In this document: positions 34,709-45,798 of the stretch, piece by piece
How the letters are laid out: each line of letters opens with the position of its first letter
Position numbering within the stretch: the first letter of the stretch is position 1
Assembly (NCBI GenBank): GCA_963828345.1
Contig: CAWHEZ010000043.1
Span: 7,918 to 71,917 of the forward strand
Reading direction: 5' to 3'
DNA length: 64,000 nucleotides
DNA from: an uncultured delta proteobacterium
GTDB lineage: Bacteria; Desulfobacterota; Desulfobacteria; Desulfobacterales; SpSt-501
Program-made: the position numbers and the translations under genes
The notes under the pieces: model-generated
Seen by the model: only the letters and a program-made list of their open reading frames with translations
Database searches by the model: none
Told to the model about the DNA's origin: nothing

Positions 34709-36154
34709 ATGTCCGAGGTCATCACCCGCTTCCCACCGAGCCCGACCGGCTACCTGCACCTGGGCGGCGCCCGCACGGCGATCTTCAACTGGCTCTACGC
34801 GCGACGCATGAAAGGCCGCTTCGTGCTGCGCTTCGAGGACACCGACGTCGAACGGTCCCGGCAGGAGTATGTGGACTCCATTCTAGAGTCGCTCGAGTGG
34901 CTCGGCATCGACTGGGATGAGGGCCCCTATTTCCAGACCCGGCGGTTCCCGGTCTACCGCGAATACATTCAGAAGCTCCTCGACTCCGGCCACGCCTATT
35001 ATTGCACCTGCCCGCCTGAGCGCATCGAAGAGATGCGCCAGAAGGCGCTCGCCACGGGCGGCAAGCCGAAGTACGACGGCACGTGCCGCAACCGGGGCCT
35101 CGGCCCCGGCCCAGGCACGGCCGTGCGCTTCAAGGCGCCGCTTGCCGGCGCCACGGTGCTCGACGACGTGGTCAAGGGGCCGATCGCCTTCCAGAACGAA
35201 GAGTTGGACGACTTCATCATCTGCCGCAGCGACGGCAGCCCCACCTACAACTTCGCGGTGGTGGTCGACGACATCACGATGGGCGTCAACACGATCATTC
35301 GGGGCGACGACCACGTGATGAACACGCCCAAGCAGATCCAGCTCTACCATGCCCTGGGCAGCCCGCTGCCGGTCTTCGGCCACGTCCCCATGGTGCTCGG
35401 CAAGGACCGGGCCCGCCTCAGCAAGCGCCACGGCGCCACCAACGTGACGGCCTACCGCGAAATGGGCATCCTGCCCGAAGCCATGATCAACTACCTCGTG
35501 CGGCTGGGGTGGTCCCACGGCGACCAGGAATTTTTCACGCGCCGGGAGTTGGTCGAGGTCTTCAATCTGGAGGCGATCGGCCGGGCGGCCGGGGTGTTCG
35601 ACCCGGAAAAGCTGCTGGCGCTGAACGCCGACCACATCAAGGCGACGCCTCCGGCCGCGCTGGTCCCGTCGCTCGCCCCCTTCATGCGGGCACACGGGGT
35701 CGACATCGCGGGCGACCCGCGCACCGAAAAAGCGATCGCCACCCTCGCGCCGCGCAGCAAGACACTGAAGGAGATGGCCGACCAGGCCCTCTTCTATTAC
35801 CAGGCCGAGGTCGGCTACGAACCGGATGCCGTCAAGAAATTCCTGACGGTCGAGGCGCTCCCGATCCTCCGCCAGGTGCAGGCGAAGCTCGCGGCGCTGG
35901 AGGACTACACCGAATCCGGCCTCGAGGAGGCCTTCAAGACGGTCATGGCCGAGACGGGGTTGAAGCTCGGCAAGATCGCGCAGCCGGTGCGGGTCGCCTT
36001 GAGCGGCCGGTCGGCCAGTCCGGGGCTCTTCGAGATCACCGCCATCATCGGCAAGCCAGGCCACCCTCGCGCGCCTGCAGCGGGCGATCGACACGATCCA
36101 GGGGAAAGCGGCGTGAGCGACCCCGCAGGCGGATGGGCTTTAAGAAGGGCTTGA
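34709..36154 (+). CDS. gltX: Glutamate--tRNA ligase; last ~30 codons appear out of frame (1-nt indel near 36054-36060, likely true stop 36114-36116)
   Basis: Carries the HIGH-type motif (PSPTGYLHLGGA) and KLSKR. After ..FEITAIIGK the printed frame gives PGHPRAPAAGDRHD.. The +1 frame gives the expected ATLARLQRAIDTIQGKAA-stop. Confidence 0.9.
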   Translation: MSEVITRFPPSPTGYLHLGGARTAIFNWLYARRMKGRFVLRFEDTDVERSRQEYVDSILESLEWLGIDWDEGPYFQTRRFPVYREYIQKLLDSGHAYYCTCPPERIEEMRQKALATGGKPKYDGTCRNRGLGPGPGTAVRFKAPLAGATVLDDVVKGPIAFQNEELDDFIICRSDGSPTYNFAVVVDDITMGVNTIIRGDDHVMNTPKQIQLYHALGSPLPVFGHVPMVLGKDRARLSKRHGATNVTAYREMGILPEAMINYLVRLGWSHGDQEFFTRRELVEVFNLEAIGRAAGVFDPEKLLALNADHIKATPPAALVPSLAPFMRAHGVDIAGDPRTEKAIATLAPRSKTLKEMADQALFYYQAEVGYEPDAVKKFLTVEALPILRQVQAKLAALEDYTESGLEEAFKTVMAETGLKLGKIAQPVRVALSGRSASPGLFEITAIIGKPGHPRAPAAGDRHDPGESGVSDPAGGWALRRA

Positions 36155-36190
36155 CTGAGCCGTCACGGTCGGCTATTTTACGCGCGTCGC

Positions 36191-36264
36191 TGAGGGATCG
36201 TCTAGCGGCAGGACGACGGGTTCTGGCCCCGTTAACCTAGGTTCGAATCCTAGTCCCTCAGCCA
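36191..36264 (+). tRNA. tRNA-Gln (anticodon CUG), CCA encoded
   Basis: Folded by hand. Acceptor TGAGGGA/TCCCTCA, D stem GTCT/GGAC, anticodon stem ACGGG/CCCGT with loop TTCTGGC, T stem CTAGG/CCTAG with loop TTCGAAT. Discriminator G, then CCA. Confidence 0.9.
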
Positions 36265-36277
36265 CTCTTCGGACACG

Positions 36278-36308
36278 AGGCTTACGGGAATTCCGTAAGC
36301 CTTTTTTT
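36278..36308 (+). terminator. Rho-independent terminator after tRNA-Gln
   Basis: Stem AGGCTTACGG / CCGTAAGCCT, loop GAATT, followed by a T run. A second 11-bp hairpin CTGTTTTCGGC/GCCGAAAACAG follows at ~36315-36340. Confidence 0.75.
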
Positions 36309-36467
36309 ATGGGGCTGTTTTCGGCCGAGGCCGAAAACAGATAAGGCGAAGCCCGGGGCGGGCGCATGCTGCCAGGCGTTTTGACTCGCTCAGGTCGGTG
36401 CAGTATACATTCGTAGAAATCCAATACGTTCCCGGCACCGCAGCCGGGATTTCGAGAGGTGTGGACC

Positions 36468-38192
<1,725 letters not shown>

Positions 38193-38196
38193 GTGT

Positions 38197-38227
38197 CATC
38201 CGACCGATCGGACCGATCGGTCGGATG
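38197..38227. repeat. 31-nt palindrome, GATCGGACC family, between convergent gene ends
   Basis: CATCCGACCGATCGG-A-CCGATCGGTCGGATG, with two perfect 15-nt arms. It lies in the 56-nt gap between the glnS and DUF218-protein stops. Confidence 0.8.
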
Positions 38228-38248
38228 GGTCGGATCGCAACGCCGCCC

Positions 38249-38866
38249 CTACCGGTAGAACAGGTAGCCTGCAATCAGCTTGACATACTCGTCGGCCACC
38301 CGCAGGGCGTAGCCGCCGTTCAGCCACCAAGGGTCTTCGTCCGCGTCGATCGCATCGACCGGATGAAAGTAGAACGCGAGCTCCGGGTTGCGGTTGGCCC
38401 GTTCGAAGGCCAGCCGCGCGCGCCGCATGTGGTAGCTGGAGCTGACGACCACGGCCGAGCGCAGGCCCTGCTGCTGCATGATTTCGATGGTTTTCTTGGC
38501 TTCCGCGTAGGTGCCGCCGAGGGCCGAGCGCGACGTGCTGCGAGGCCCCTCCTCGCGGCCGATCACGACCCGCTCCTCGGGCAGATAGGCGCGGATGCGG
38601 TACTTGCGGACAAACCAGGGCCACTCCAGCGCCCGGTGGCGCAGCGGGAGCAGCAGCACCCCCGCCTCCCCGGCCTGCACCAGGTCGACGGCCACCAGCA
38701 CCCGCTCCCGGTCTTCCTCCGGGGGCCCGGCCAGCACCACGACGGCGTCCACCCGCTCGGCCGGCAGACCCGGCTCGACGCGCAGGAACTCGTCCCCCCA
38801 GGTGCAAAACGCGACCGCCCCGAGAGCCAAGACCGCCGTTATGCCGACTGCGACCCGGATAATCAT
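38249..38866 (-). CDS. DUF218 (YdcF/ElyC-like) domain protein with N-terminal membrane anchor
   Basis: An N-terminal TM (MIIRVAVGITAVLALGAVAF) and a DUF218-like core (AVVVLAGP...VVVSSSYHMRRA). I prefer the ATG at 38866. Confidence 0.8.
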   Translation of the reverse strand: MIIRVAVGITAVLALGAVAFCTWGDEFLRVEPGLPAERVDAVVVLAGPPEEDRERVLVAVDLVQAGEAGVLLLPLRHRALEWPWFVRKYRIRAYLPEERVVIGREEGPRSTSRSALGGTYAEAKKTIEIMQQQGLRSAVVVSSSYHMRRARLAFERANRNPELAFYFHPVDAIDADEDPWWLNGGYALRVADEYVKLIAGYLFYR

Positions 38867-39093
38867 CTCACGCTGTCCCTGGGGCCCGCTGGCGACGAAT
38901 GAATCGACCCGGCGAAACCTACCACGGAGCGCCGGGTCGGGCAACACCTGCAACGCCGTCCCCACCGCGACGGTCGCCGGGCACGGCCCCTCCCCTCCCT
39001 TGCCTTTTAGGCCGATTTTGACGAAAATGGTTTTTGTCTGACGTCATCGCTGGTTATCGCTGACCCCCCTCAACCGACAAAGGACCGCTCGGC

Positions 39094-40455
39094 ATGAATG
39101 TCTGCATCGTAGGGACCGGGTACGTGGGGCTGGTGACGGCCGCCTGCCTGTCCGAGATGGGCAATCACATCGTCTGCGTGGACAGCAACCCGGCCATCGT
39201 CTCCGGTCTCAAGGCCGGCAGGGTGCACATCTTCGAACCGGGCCTGGAACCCCTGGTCAAGCGCAACCTCGAGGAAGGCCGGCTGCACTTCACCGCCGAC
39301 CTGAAGGAGGGGATGGAGCACGCCCTCTTCATTTTCAACTGCGTCGGCACCCCGCCCATGGACGACGGCGGCTGCGACCTCTCCCAGGTGCGGGAGGCCG
39401 CCCGGCGCATCGGGGAAGCGCTGACCGAGTACAAGATCGTCGTCAACAAGTCCACGGTCCCGGTCGGCACGGCCGACGAGGTGCACCGCATCATTGCCGA
39501 ACGGCTGCGGGCCCGCGGGCTCGGCCTGGAGTTCGACGTCGTCTCCAACCCGGAGTTCCTGAAGGAGGGCGACGCCGTCAACGACTTCATGAAGCCCGAC
39601 CGCATCATCGTGGGCACCGACAACGTGCGCACGGCCAAGCTCCTCGAAACGCTCTACGCCCCGTTCGCCCGCAGCCGCGACAAGATGATCGTCATGGACG
39701 TGCGCAGCGCGGAGATGACCAAGTACGCCGCCAACTGCATGCTCGCGGCCAAGATTTCCTTCATCAACGAGATCGCCAACATCTGCGAGCGGGTGGGGGC
39801 GAACGTCGGCTCGGTGCGGCGCGGGATCGGCGCCGACCACCGCATCGGCTACCACTTCATCTACCCCGGCGCGGGCTACGGGGGGTCGTGCTTCCCCAAG
39901 GACGTCAAGGCGCTGATCACCACCGCCCGCACGAACGGGTACGAACCCGAGCTGATCGCCGCGGTGGATGCCGTCAACGTCCGCCAGAAGAAACTCCTCG
40001 GCCGCAAGATCGCCGACTATTTCTCCGGGCAGGGGTCGCTCGCCGGCCGGCACCTGGCGCTGTGGGGCCTGGCGTTCAAGGCCAACACGGACGACATGCG
40101 CGAAGCCTCCTCTCTCGCGATCATCGACGAGCTGACGGCCGCGGGCATGACCGTCCGCGCCTACGACCCGGCCGCCGGCGCCCGGGCGCGCGAGCTGCTG
40201 CGGGACAACCCGCGCGTCAGCATCTGCGACCAGCAGTACGACATCCTGGAGGGGGCGGACGCGCTGGCCGTCGTGACCGACTGGAACCAGTTCCGCAACC
40301 CGGATTTCGGCCGCATGCGCCGCCTGCTGAAGGTGCCGCTGATTTTCGACGGTCGCAACCTCTACGACCCGGAGGTGCTGGCCGGCATGGGGTTCGCCTG
40401 CCTCAGCATCGGGCGGCCGCCGTGCGGCCCTTCCTCCGGCACGGCGCAGGCCTGA
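39094..40455 (+). CDS. ugd: UDP-glucose 6-dehydrogenase
   Basis: The N-terminus [19 protein letters not shown] (Rossmann), the catalytic-Cys region GGSCFPKD, and the UDPG_MGDP_dh C-terminal domain. Confidence 0.9.
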   Translation: MNVCIVGTGYVGLVTAACLSEMGNHIVCVDSNPAIVSGLKAGRVHIFEPGLEPLVKRNLEEGRLHFTADLKEGMEHALFIFNCVGTPPMDDGGCDLSQVREAARRIGEALTEYKIVVNKSTVPVGTADEVHRIIAERLRARGLGLEFDVVSNPEFLKEGDAVNDFMKPDRIIVGTDNVRTAKLLETLYAPFARSRDKMIVMDVRSAEMTKYAANCMLAAKISFINEIANICERVGANVGSVRRGIGADHRIGYHFIYPGAGYGGSCFPKDVKALITTARTNGYEPELIAAVDAVNVRQKKLLGRKIADYFSGQGSLAGRHLALWGLAFKANTDDMREASSLAIIDELTAAGMTVRAYDPAAGARARELLRDNPRVSICDQQYDILEGADALAVVTDWNQFRNPDFGRMRRLLKVPLIFDGRNLYDPEVLAGMGFACLSIGRPPCGPSSGTAQA

Positions 40456-40510
40456 TGGCAACCATGGGATCCGAGCGGAAGCGGGGCAGCCACGCGGCGG
40501 GAGCGGGACG

Positions 40511-41596
40511 ATGAAACGGGCACTGGTGACGGGTATCACGGGCCAGGACGGCGCTTACCTGGCCGAGTTCCTCCTCGAGAAGGGCTACGAGGTGCACGGG
40601 ATCAAGCGCCGGGCCTCCTCGTTCAACTCGGCGCGGATCGATCACCTCTACTGCGACCCGCACGAGTCCGGGGTGCGCTTCCGGCTGCACTACGGGGACC
40701 TCACGGACGCGACCAACCTCATCCGCATCATCCAGGAGGTGCAGCCCGACGAGATCTACAACCTCGGGGCCCAGAGCCACGTCATGGTGTCCTTCGAGAC
40801 CCCGGAGTACACGGCCAACGCGGACGGGTTGGGGACCCTGCGGATCCTGGAGGCCATGCGCATCCTGGGGCTGCAGGCCAAGACGCGATTCTACCAGGCC
40901 TCGACCTCCGAGCTCTACGGCAAGGTCCGGGAGATCCCCCAGACCGAGACCACGCCCTTCTACCCCCGCTCCCCGTACGGAGCGGCCAAGCTCTACGCGT
41001 ACTGGATCACGGTCAACTACCGGGAGTCCTACGGGTTTTACGCCTGCAACGGGATCCTCTTCAACCACGAGTCGCCCGTTCGCGGGGAAACCTTCGTGAC
41101 GCGCAAGGTGACCCGGGGCCTGGCCCGCATAAAGGCCGGGCTGCAGGAGACCCTTTTCGTCGGCAACCTGGATGCCCGGCGCGACTGGGGCCACGCGCGC
41201 GACTACGTGCGCATGATGTGGATGATGCTCCAGCAGACCGAGCCCGAGGACTACGTGATCGCCACCGGTCGCCAGCACTCCGTGCGCGAGCTGATCGAGC
41301 TCACGGCCGCAACCCTGGGGCTGCGCATCGGCTGGCAGGGCAGCGGGGTGGAGGAGCGGGGCGTCGACCCGGACAGCGGGCGGACGATCGTCGCCATCGA
41401 CCCGCGCTATTTCCGGCCGGCGGAGGTGGACACGCTGCTCGGGGACCCGTCCAAGGCGCGCCGCCAGCTCGGCTGGGAGCCCCGGATCAGCTTCGAGGAA
41501 CTGGTCCGGGAGATGGTGGCCGCGGACCTGAAAGAGGCCGAGCGGGACGTGATGGTCCGCCGCAAGGGGTTCCGCATCTACGGCAATACCGACTGA
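40511..41596 (+). CDS. gmd: GDP-mannose 4,6-dehydratase
   Basis: [34 protein letters not shown], and [10 protein letters not shown] (YxxxK). 361 aa. Confidence 0.95.
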   Translation: MKRALVTGITGQDGAYLAEFLLEKGYEVHGIKRRASSFNSARIDHLYCDPHESGVRFRLHYGDLTDATNLIRIIQEVQPDEIYNLGAQSHVMVSFETPEYTANADGLGTLRILEAMRILGLQAKTRFYQASTSELYGKVREIPQTETTPFYPRSPYGAAKLYAYWITVNYRESYGFYACNGILFNHESPVRGETFVTRKVTRGLARIKAGLQETLFVGNLDARRDWGHARDYVRMMWMMLQQTEPEDYVIATGRQHSVRELIELTAATLGLRIGWQGSGVEERGVDPDSGRTIVAIDPRYFRPAEVDTLLGDPSKARRQLGWEPRISFEELVREMVAADLKEAERDVMVRRKGFRIYGNTD

Positions 41597-41605
41597 GGCC
41601 CGCCG

Positions 41606-42679
41606 ATGATCGACCGGGCGCTCCCCCCGAACTCAGCCGTCTACGTCGCCGGGCACACCGGCATGGTCGGGTCGGCCCTCGTCCGCCGCCTGCACCGGCT
41701 GGGGTACACGCGGGTCCTCACCCGCACCCACGCCGAGCTCGACCTGACCGACCAGGCGGCCGTGCACGCCTTTTTCGACCGGGAGACGATCGACGCCGTC
41801 TTCCTCGCGGCCGCCAGGGTCGGCGGCATCCAGGCCAACCGCACCCGCCCGGCCGAGTTCATCCACGTCAACCTGGTCATCCAGTGCAACGTGATCCACG
41901 CGGCCTTCCGAGCCGGGGTCCGGCAGCTTCTCTTCCTGGGCAGCTCGTGCATCTACCCGCGCGACTGCCCCCAGCCCATGCGCGAGGAGCACCTGCTCGG
42001 GGGCCCCCTGGAACCGACGAACGCGCCCTACGCCGTGGCCAAGATCGCGGGCATCGCGCTCTGCGAGGCCTACAACCGGCAACACGGGACGGATTACCGG
42101 TCGGTCATGCCGACCAACCTCTACGGCCCGCACGACACCTTCGACCTCGAGGCCTCGCACGTGCTGCCGGCGATGCTCCGCAAATACCACCTGGCCAAGC
42201 TCGCCCACGCCGACGACCGCGAAGGGATCCGCCGCGACCTCGCCCGCTTCGGCCCGGTCCCGGAGGCGGTGGCCGCCGAGCTCGAGAAGGGCCCCCGCGC
42301 CGCAGTCCGCCTGTGGGGAAGCGGGTCTCCCCGGCGCGAGCTGCTGCACGTGGACGACATGGCCGCGGCCTGCATCTTCGTGATGCAGATGGCCCGCGGG
42401 GACTACGAGCGCGCCTGCGCCCGCCCGGACGCGCCGCCCGTGCCGCACCTGAACGTGGGCTGCGGCCGGGACGGCACCATCCGCGAGCTCGCGGCGATGG
42501 TCGGCGCCACCGTCGGCTTCACCGGGGAAACCGTGTGGGATGCGAGCATGCCCGACGGCATGCCGGTCAAGCGCCTGGACGTCTCCCGCCTGACCCGGGC
42601 CGGGTGGCGGCCGGAGATCGGGCTGCGCGAGGGGATCGATGCCACCTATCGCTGGTATCTCCGGGCAACGGAAGGCTGA
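41606..42679 (+). CDS. fcl: GDP-L-fucose synthase (GDP-4-keto-6-deoxy-D-mannose epimerase/reductase)
   Basis: VYVAGHTGMVGSA, SSCIYP, and YAVAKIAG motifs, downstream of gmd. It contains a ~35-aa insertion relative to what I expect for the family. Confidence 0.9.
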   Translation: MIDRALPPNSAVYVAGHTGMVGSALVRRLHRLGYTRVLTRTHAELDLTDQAAVHAFFDRETIDAVFLAAARVGGIQANRTRPAEFIHVNLVIQCNVIHAAFRAGVRQLLFLGSSCIYPRDCPQPMREEHLLGGPLEPTNAPYAVAKIAGIALCEAYNRQHGTDYRSVMPTNLYGPHDTFDLEASHVLPAMLRKYHLAKLAHADDREGIRRDLARFGPVPEAVAAELEKGPRAAVRLWGSGSPRRELLHVDDMAAACIFVMQMARGDYERACARPDAPPVPHLNVGCGRDGTIRELAAMVGATVGFTGETVWDASMPDGMPVKRLDVSRLTRAGWRPEIGLREGIDATYRWYLRATEG

Positions 42680-42682
42680 GCC

Positions 42683-43135
42683 ATGCGACGCCTCTGGCCG
42701 AGAACACGGAGCGGGGACGGCCTGCTCCTGATGCGCCGGCTGGGCGTTGCGGTGGCCGTGCTGGCGGCAGCGGCGACCGCCGGGCCGTTGCACGCCGTGG
42801 ATTTTCTTTACTCGTGGCCCCCCAGTTCCGTCGTCGGACTGACCGGCTACGGCATCTACCAGAGCACGGACGGCGGGTCGTACCAGCTCATCGCCCAGCT
42901 CCCGTTGGGCGCACTGCCGAACCCGCAGCAGCCCTCTTACCTGGTGACCGGACTCCAAGACGACACGACCTACTATTTCGCGTCCGCCGCGCTCGCGACC
43001 ACCGGCGACGGCCCCCTCTCCTTCCAGACCTGCATCGCCATCGACACCGATGTCGTCGCGTGCGGCACCGACGATGACGGCGGGTCGTATGTGTACATCA
43101 ACTGTTTCATCTCAGCGGCGACCCCGCGACCCTGA
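42683..43135 (+). CDS. Hypothetical secreted protein with a fibronectin type III-like domain
   Basis: A signal-like segment (MRRLGVAVAVLAAAATAGPLHA) and an FN3-like pattern (W..VVGLTGYGIYQSTDGGSYQLIAQL..YLVTGLQDDTTYYFASAA). The tail is Cys-containing and hydrophobic (YINCFISAATPRP). Confidence 0.5.
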   Translation: MRRLWPRTRSGDGLLLMRRLGVAVAVLAAAATAGPLHAVDFLYSWPPSSVVGLTGYGIYQSTDGGSYQLIAQLPLGALPNPQQPSYLVTGLQDDTTYYFASAALATTGDGPLSFQTCIAIDTDVVACGTDDDGGSYVYINCFISAATPRP

Positions 43136-43618
43136 AGGCGCGGACGCGCCGCTGCGCCTCTCCCCCGCAGGCACGGCGCGCCGGCAGGCAACAACCGGTT
43201 GAGAGCACTTTTTTCTTGATTTATTCCGGAAAATTAGAGAGAAAATAGGTGTCGAAATCGGGGCGGCCGGTGTTCGCTGCGGACACCGTGCCGGCTTTGC
43301 CGAAATCACCGGCACCCAGACGGTCCCGGCTACGGCCGGAACGCTCGGTGCACTTCATCGCGGCATACGGCGTGGCGCGGCTTGGCGTGCGTGCTCTCGT
43401 CGCTCTGGAGGAGAACAGATGCCGAGATATCCAAAGGGGTGATTTCGAGTTCCAGCGGAAGTAGGCAAGGGGCTATTCGGGCAACTGCGGATTTAGTCGG
43501 TGGTGGAGGACTCTGGCGGGTTACGATCCACCCATCCTGAAAACGCCTCGACAGCCCTTGAAGCCGCGGAATGAAGCCGGCGCCGCCCCGATTTCGTCTT
43601 ACCGATGACGCCGTATGA

Positions 43619-43704
43619 GGGCCAATCTCTGCGTTGCGCTTCATCGCGCGGGCGCTGCGGCGTACATGAGTACGCCTCGCGCCGCTCGATTCGCGCGCCT
43701 TGAT
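43619..43704. repeat. Copy B (inverted orientation) of the ~85-nt structured repeat (hairpin 43643-43690)
   Basis: The reverse complement aligns without gaps to 7994-8078. The hairpin is ATCGCGC-g-GGCGC-tgc-GGCGTAC-atga-GTACGCC-tc-GCGCC-GCTCGAT. Stem differences from copy A are compensatory. Confidence 0.7.
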
Positions 43705-43845
43705 CTTGGCTCTCCTACGACGTCATCGAATCCTTCGGCACATCCGCGACACCTTTTCCGTACAACAGATCCGGGCCCCAATACCCACTCCCACGATAGC
43801 AGAAAACTAAAACGCCCCGATACTCAACCGCCCAACCCCCTTTCA

Positions 43846-44707
43846 TCACCCGAAGACCACCCCCACATACCCGACGAAGCTTTCTCCCGGGCTGCGGTCG
43901 TAGCTGGTCGCATATCGGAGCGTCTCGGCCTTCGTCGCGCCCAGGGCCCTGCCGGCCTGGATGGCGGCTGCGGCCGCCCCCGGGCAGCAGGCGTTCTGGC
44001 GGCTGCGGGCCTCCGCCATCACCCGTTGCGGGTCGAGCGCCAGCATCGCATCGATGACCCGGCGGTCGTTCTCGTCCCGGACCCAGGTGACGGCCTCGGC
44101 CCCGGTGCCGTGACCGGTGAACCCGTAGTGCTCGCCGTAGTGAGTGAGGTCGGTCGACCCGATCACCCGCAGCCCCAACCCATGCCTCCGGCACAGGTCC
44201 ACGACGAAATCGGCCACCTCCAGCGAGGCCTCGGTGGGGGCAAGGCCAGCGGCAAGAAGGCTTGCCTTCGGGAAAAAATACTTGATGAAAGGCAGCTGCA
44301 GCTCGATCGTGTTGTCCTGGGCGAAGCGCGTCGGGCGTCTCGATGCGGAACGGGAACCGGGAGCTCAGCTCGACGGCCAGCTCCGCGGCGACCGGCAGCG
44401 GCCCGAAGGGGGTTTCCCAGGACCCCGTGGGCATGAGCACGCTGGGCGAGGACGCGTGCAGGTGCGCCCCGAAGACCGCCACCACGTCCGGGGGCGGCCC
44501 GGCCGCGAGCGCCCGCACCACCTCGCAGGCGACGGCTCCGGAGTAGACCCAGCCGGCGTGCGGCACGATCCCGCCGACCGGGTTCTGGATGCCGGGCTCC
44601 CGGGGGGAGGCCTCGGCGAGAAACCGCTCGATTTCGGCCTTGCAGGCGGCTGCCGTTCCAGGGTACCAGCTGCCCGCAAAGACGGCCCGTCTCAGTTGAT
44701 CGCCCAC
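43846..44707 (-). pseudogene. AmmeMemoRadiSam system protein B (Memo-like), reading frame broken near 44324-44330
   Basis: The N-terminal part (..RRAVFAGSWYPG..GGIVPHAGWVYSG..) is in the frame of ORF 43715..44776. From ..TPDA the expected continuation FAQDNTIELQLPFIKYFFP...VADFVVDL..GSTDLTHYG.. is in the frame of ORF 43846..44217. A single extra base lies in gacgcgCttcgcc. Confidence 0.75.
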
Positions 44708-44750
44708 CGTCCGCCTCCCTTCCCGCTTCAGAGCGGATGATAGCAAAACG

Positions 44751-44813
44751 CCCACACACCAAACTTGCAATGCCAACTACCGAATACTAAACACCAAACA
44801 CCAAAAAAACACC
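44751..44813. repeat. One-armed CCAAACACC word array in the Memo-like / nifU divergent region
   Basis: Read directly: ccacacaccaaacttgcaatgccaactaccgaatactaaacaccaaacaccaaaaaaacacc. No complementary GT arm is nearby. Confidence 0.6.
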
Positions 44814-44970
44814 AGCTTCGCTGCGGGTCTGACAACCTCTTTCCGGCCGCCCCATCCCCTGGCCGGTCTCAGCCCGATGGTTTCCCATGCGCCCTTCGCG
44901 CCTCCGCACTATGAAATCCGGAAAGCGTGATTAGTATTCCGCTATCAAAAACACCTCAACGGAGGCAGAC

Positions 44971-45798
44971 ATGTGGGAATACACGGACAAGGTGAAGGAT
45001 CACTTCTTGAACCCGCGCAACGTCGGGGTGATCGCCGATTACGACGGGGTCGGTGAGGTCGGCTCGATCGCCTGCGGGGACGCCCTGACCTTCTATTTCA
45101 AGCTCGACGATACCGGGCGGATCAAGGATGCCAAGTTCCAGACCTTCGGGTGCGCGAGCGCGATCGCTTCGTCCTCCGCGCTGACCGAGATGGTCATCGG
45201 CAAGACTCTGGCGGAGGCCGCCAAGATCACCAACGAGGACATCGCGGGCTACCTGGGCGGGCTGCCGCGCGAGAAGATGCACTGCTCGGTCATGGGGCGC
45301 GAGGCGCTCGAAAAGGCGATCTCCTGCCACTTGGGCCAGGCGGACAAGAAAATCGACGGCGAGATCGTCTGCGAGTGCTTCGGTGTGACCGACCGCGAAA
45401 TCGAGCGCGTGGTGCGGGAAAACCGGCTGAAGACGATCGAGGACGTAACCGATTACGTCAAGGCGGGCGGCGGGTGCGGCAAGTGCCACGAGCGCATCCA
45501 GGCCATCATCGACGGAGTCGGAGGCGCGCCGCGACTGGTCCCGATCACGCCGAAGGTGTTGACCAACATCCAGAAGATCAAGCTGATCGAGGAGAGCATC
45601 GCGCGCGAGATCAACCCGACCCTGAACAAGGACGCCGGACGGCTGGACCTGGTGGACGTGGACGGCAACCGCGTCCTGGTGCGCATGGCCGGGACCTGCG
45701 CCACCTGCGCCAAGTCGCACATCACCCTCAAGCACTACGTCGAGAACAAGCTGCGCGAGCTGGTGAGCCAGGACCTGGTCGTCGAGGAGGTGCAGTGA
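44971..45798 (+). CDS. nifU: NifU-type Fe-S cluster assembly scaffold (IscU-like N domain, central 2Fe-2S domain, C-terminal Nfu domain)
   Basis: N domain (GSIACGDALTFY..FGCASAIASSS..HCSV), a central Cys cluster (CECFGV...GGCGKC), and a C-terminal CATC motif (MAGTCATCAKS). Confidence 0.9.
   Translation: MWEYTDKVKDHFLNPRNVGVIADYDGVGEVGSIACGDALTFYFKLDDTGRIKDAKFQTFGCASAIASSSALTEMVIGKTLAEAAKITNEDIAGYLGGLPREKMHCSVMGREALEKAISCHLGQADKKIDGEIVCECFGVTDREIERVVRENRLKTIEDVTDYVKAGGGCGKCHERIQAIIDGVGGAPRLVPITPKVLTNIQKIKLIEESIAREINPTLNKDAGRLDLVDVDGNRVLVRMAGTCATCAKSHITLKHYVENKLRELVSQDLVVEEVQ

Noticed and set aside
36191-36264. The tRNA-Gln as an integration site for a genomic island.
   Set aside because: There is no integrase, no direct repeat of the tRNA 3' end, and no compositional break on either side. 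Both flanking genes are aminoacyl-tRNA synthetases.
43500-43535. tmRNA or tRNA-like 3' end (minus strand ..GGGTGGATCGTAACCCGCCAGAGTCCTCCACCA).
   Set aside because: The CCCGCCAG..TCCACCA resemblance to a tmRNA terminus is short. I could not form a T-stem around the ATCGTAA loop or find a matching 5' acceptor strand. It is kept only as a remark within the non-coding-region finding.
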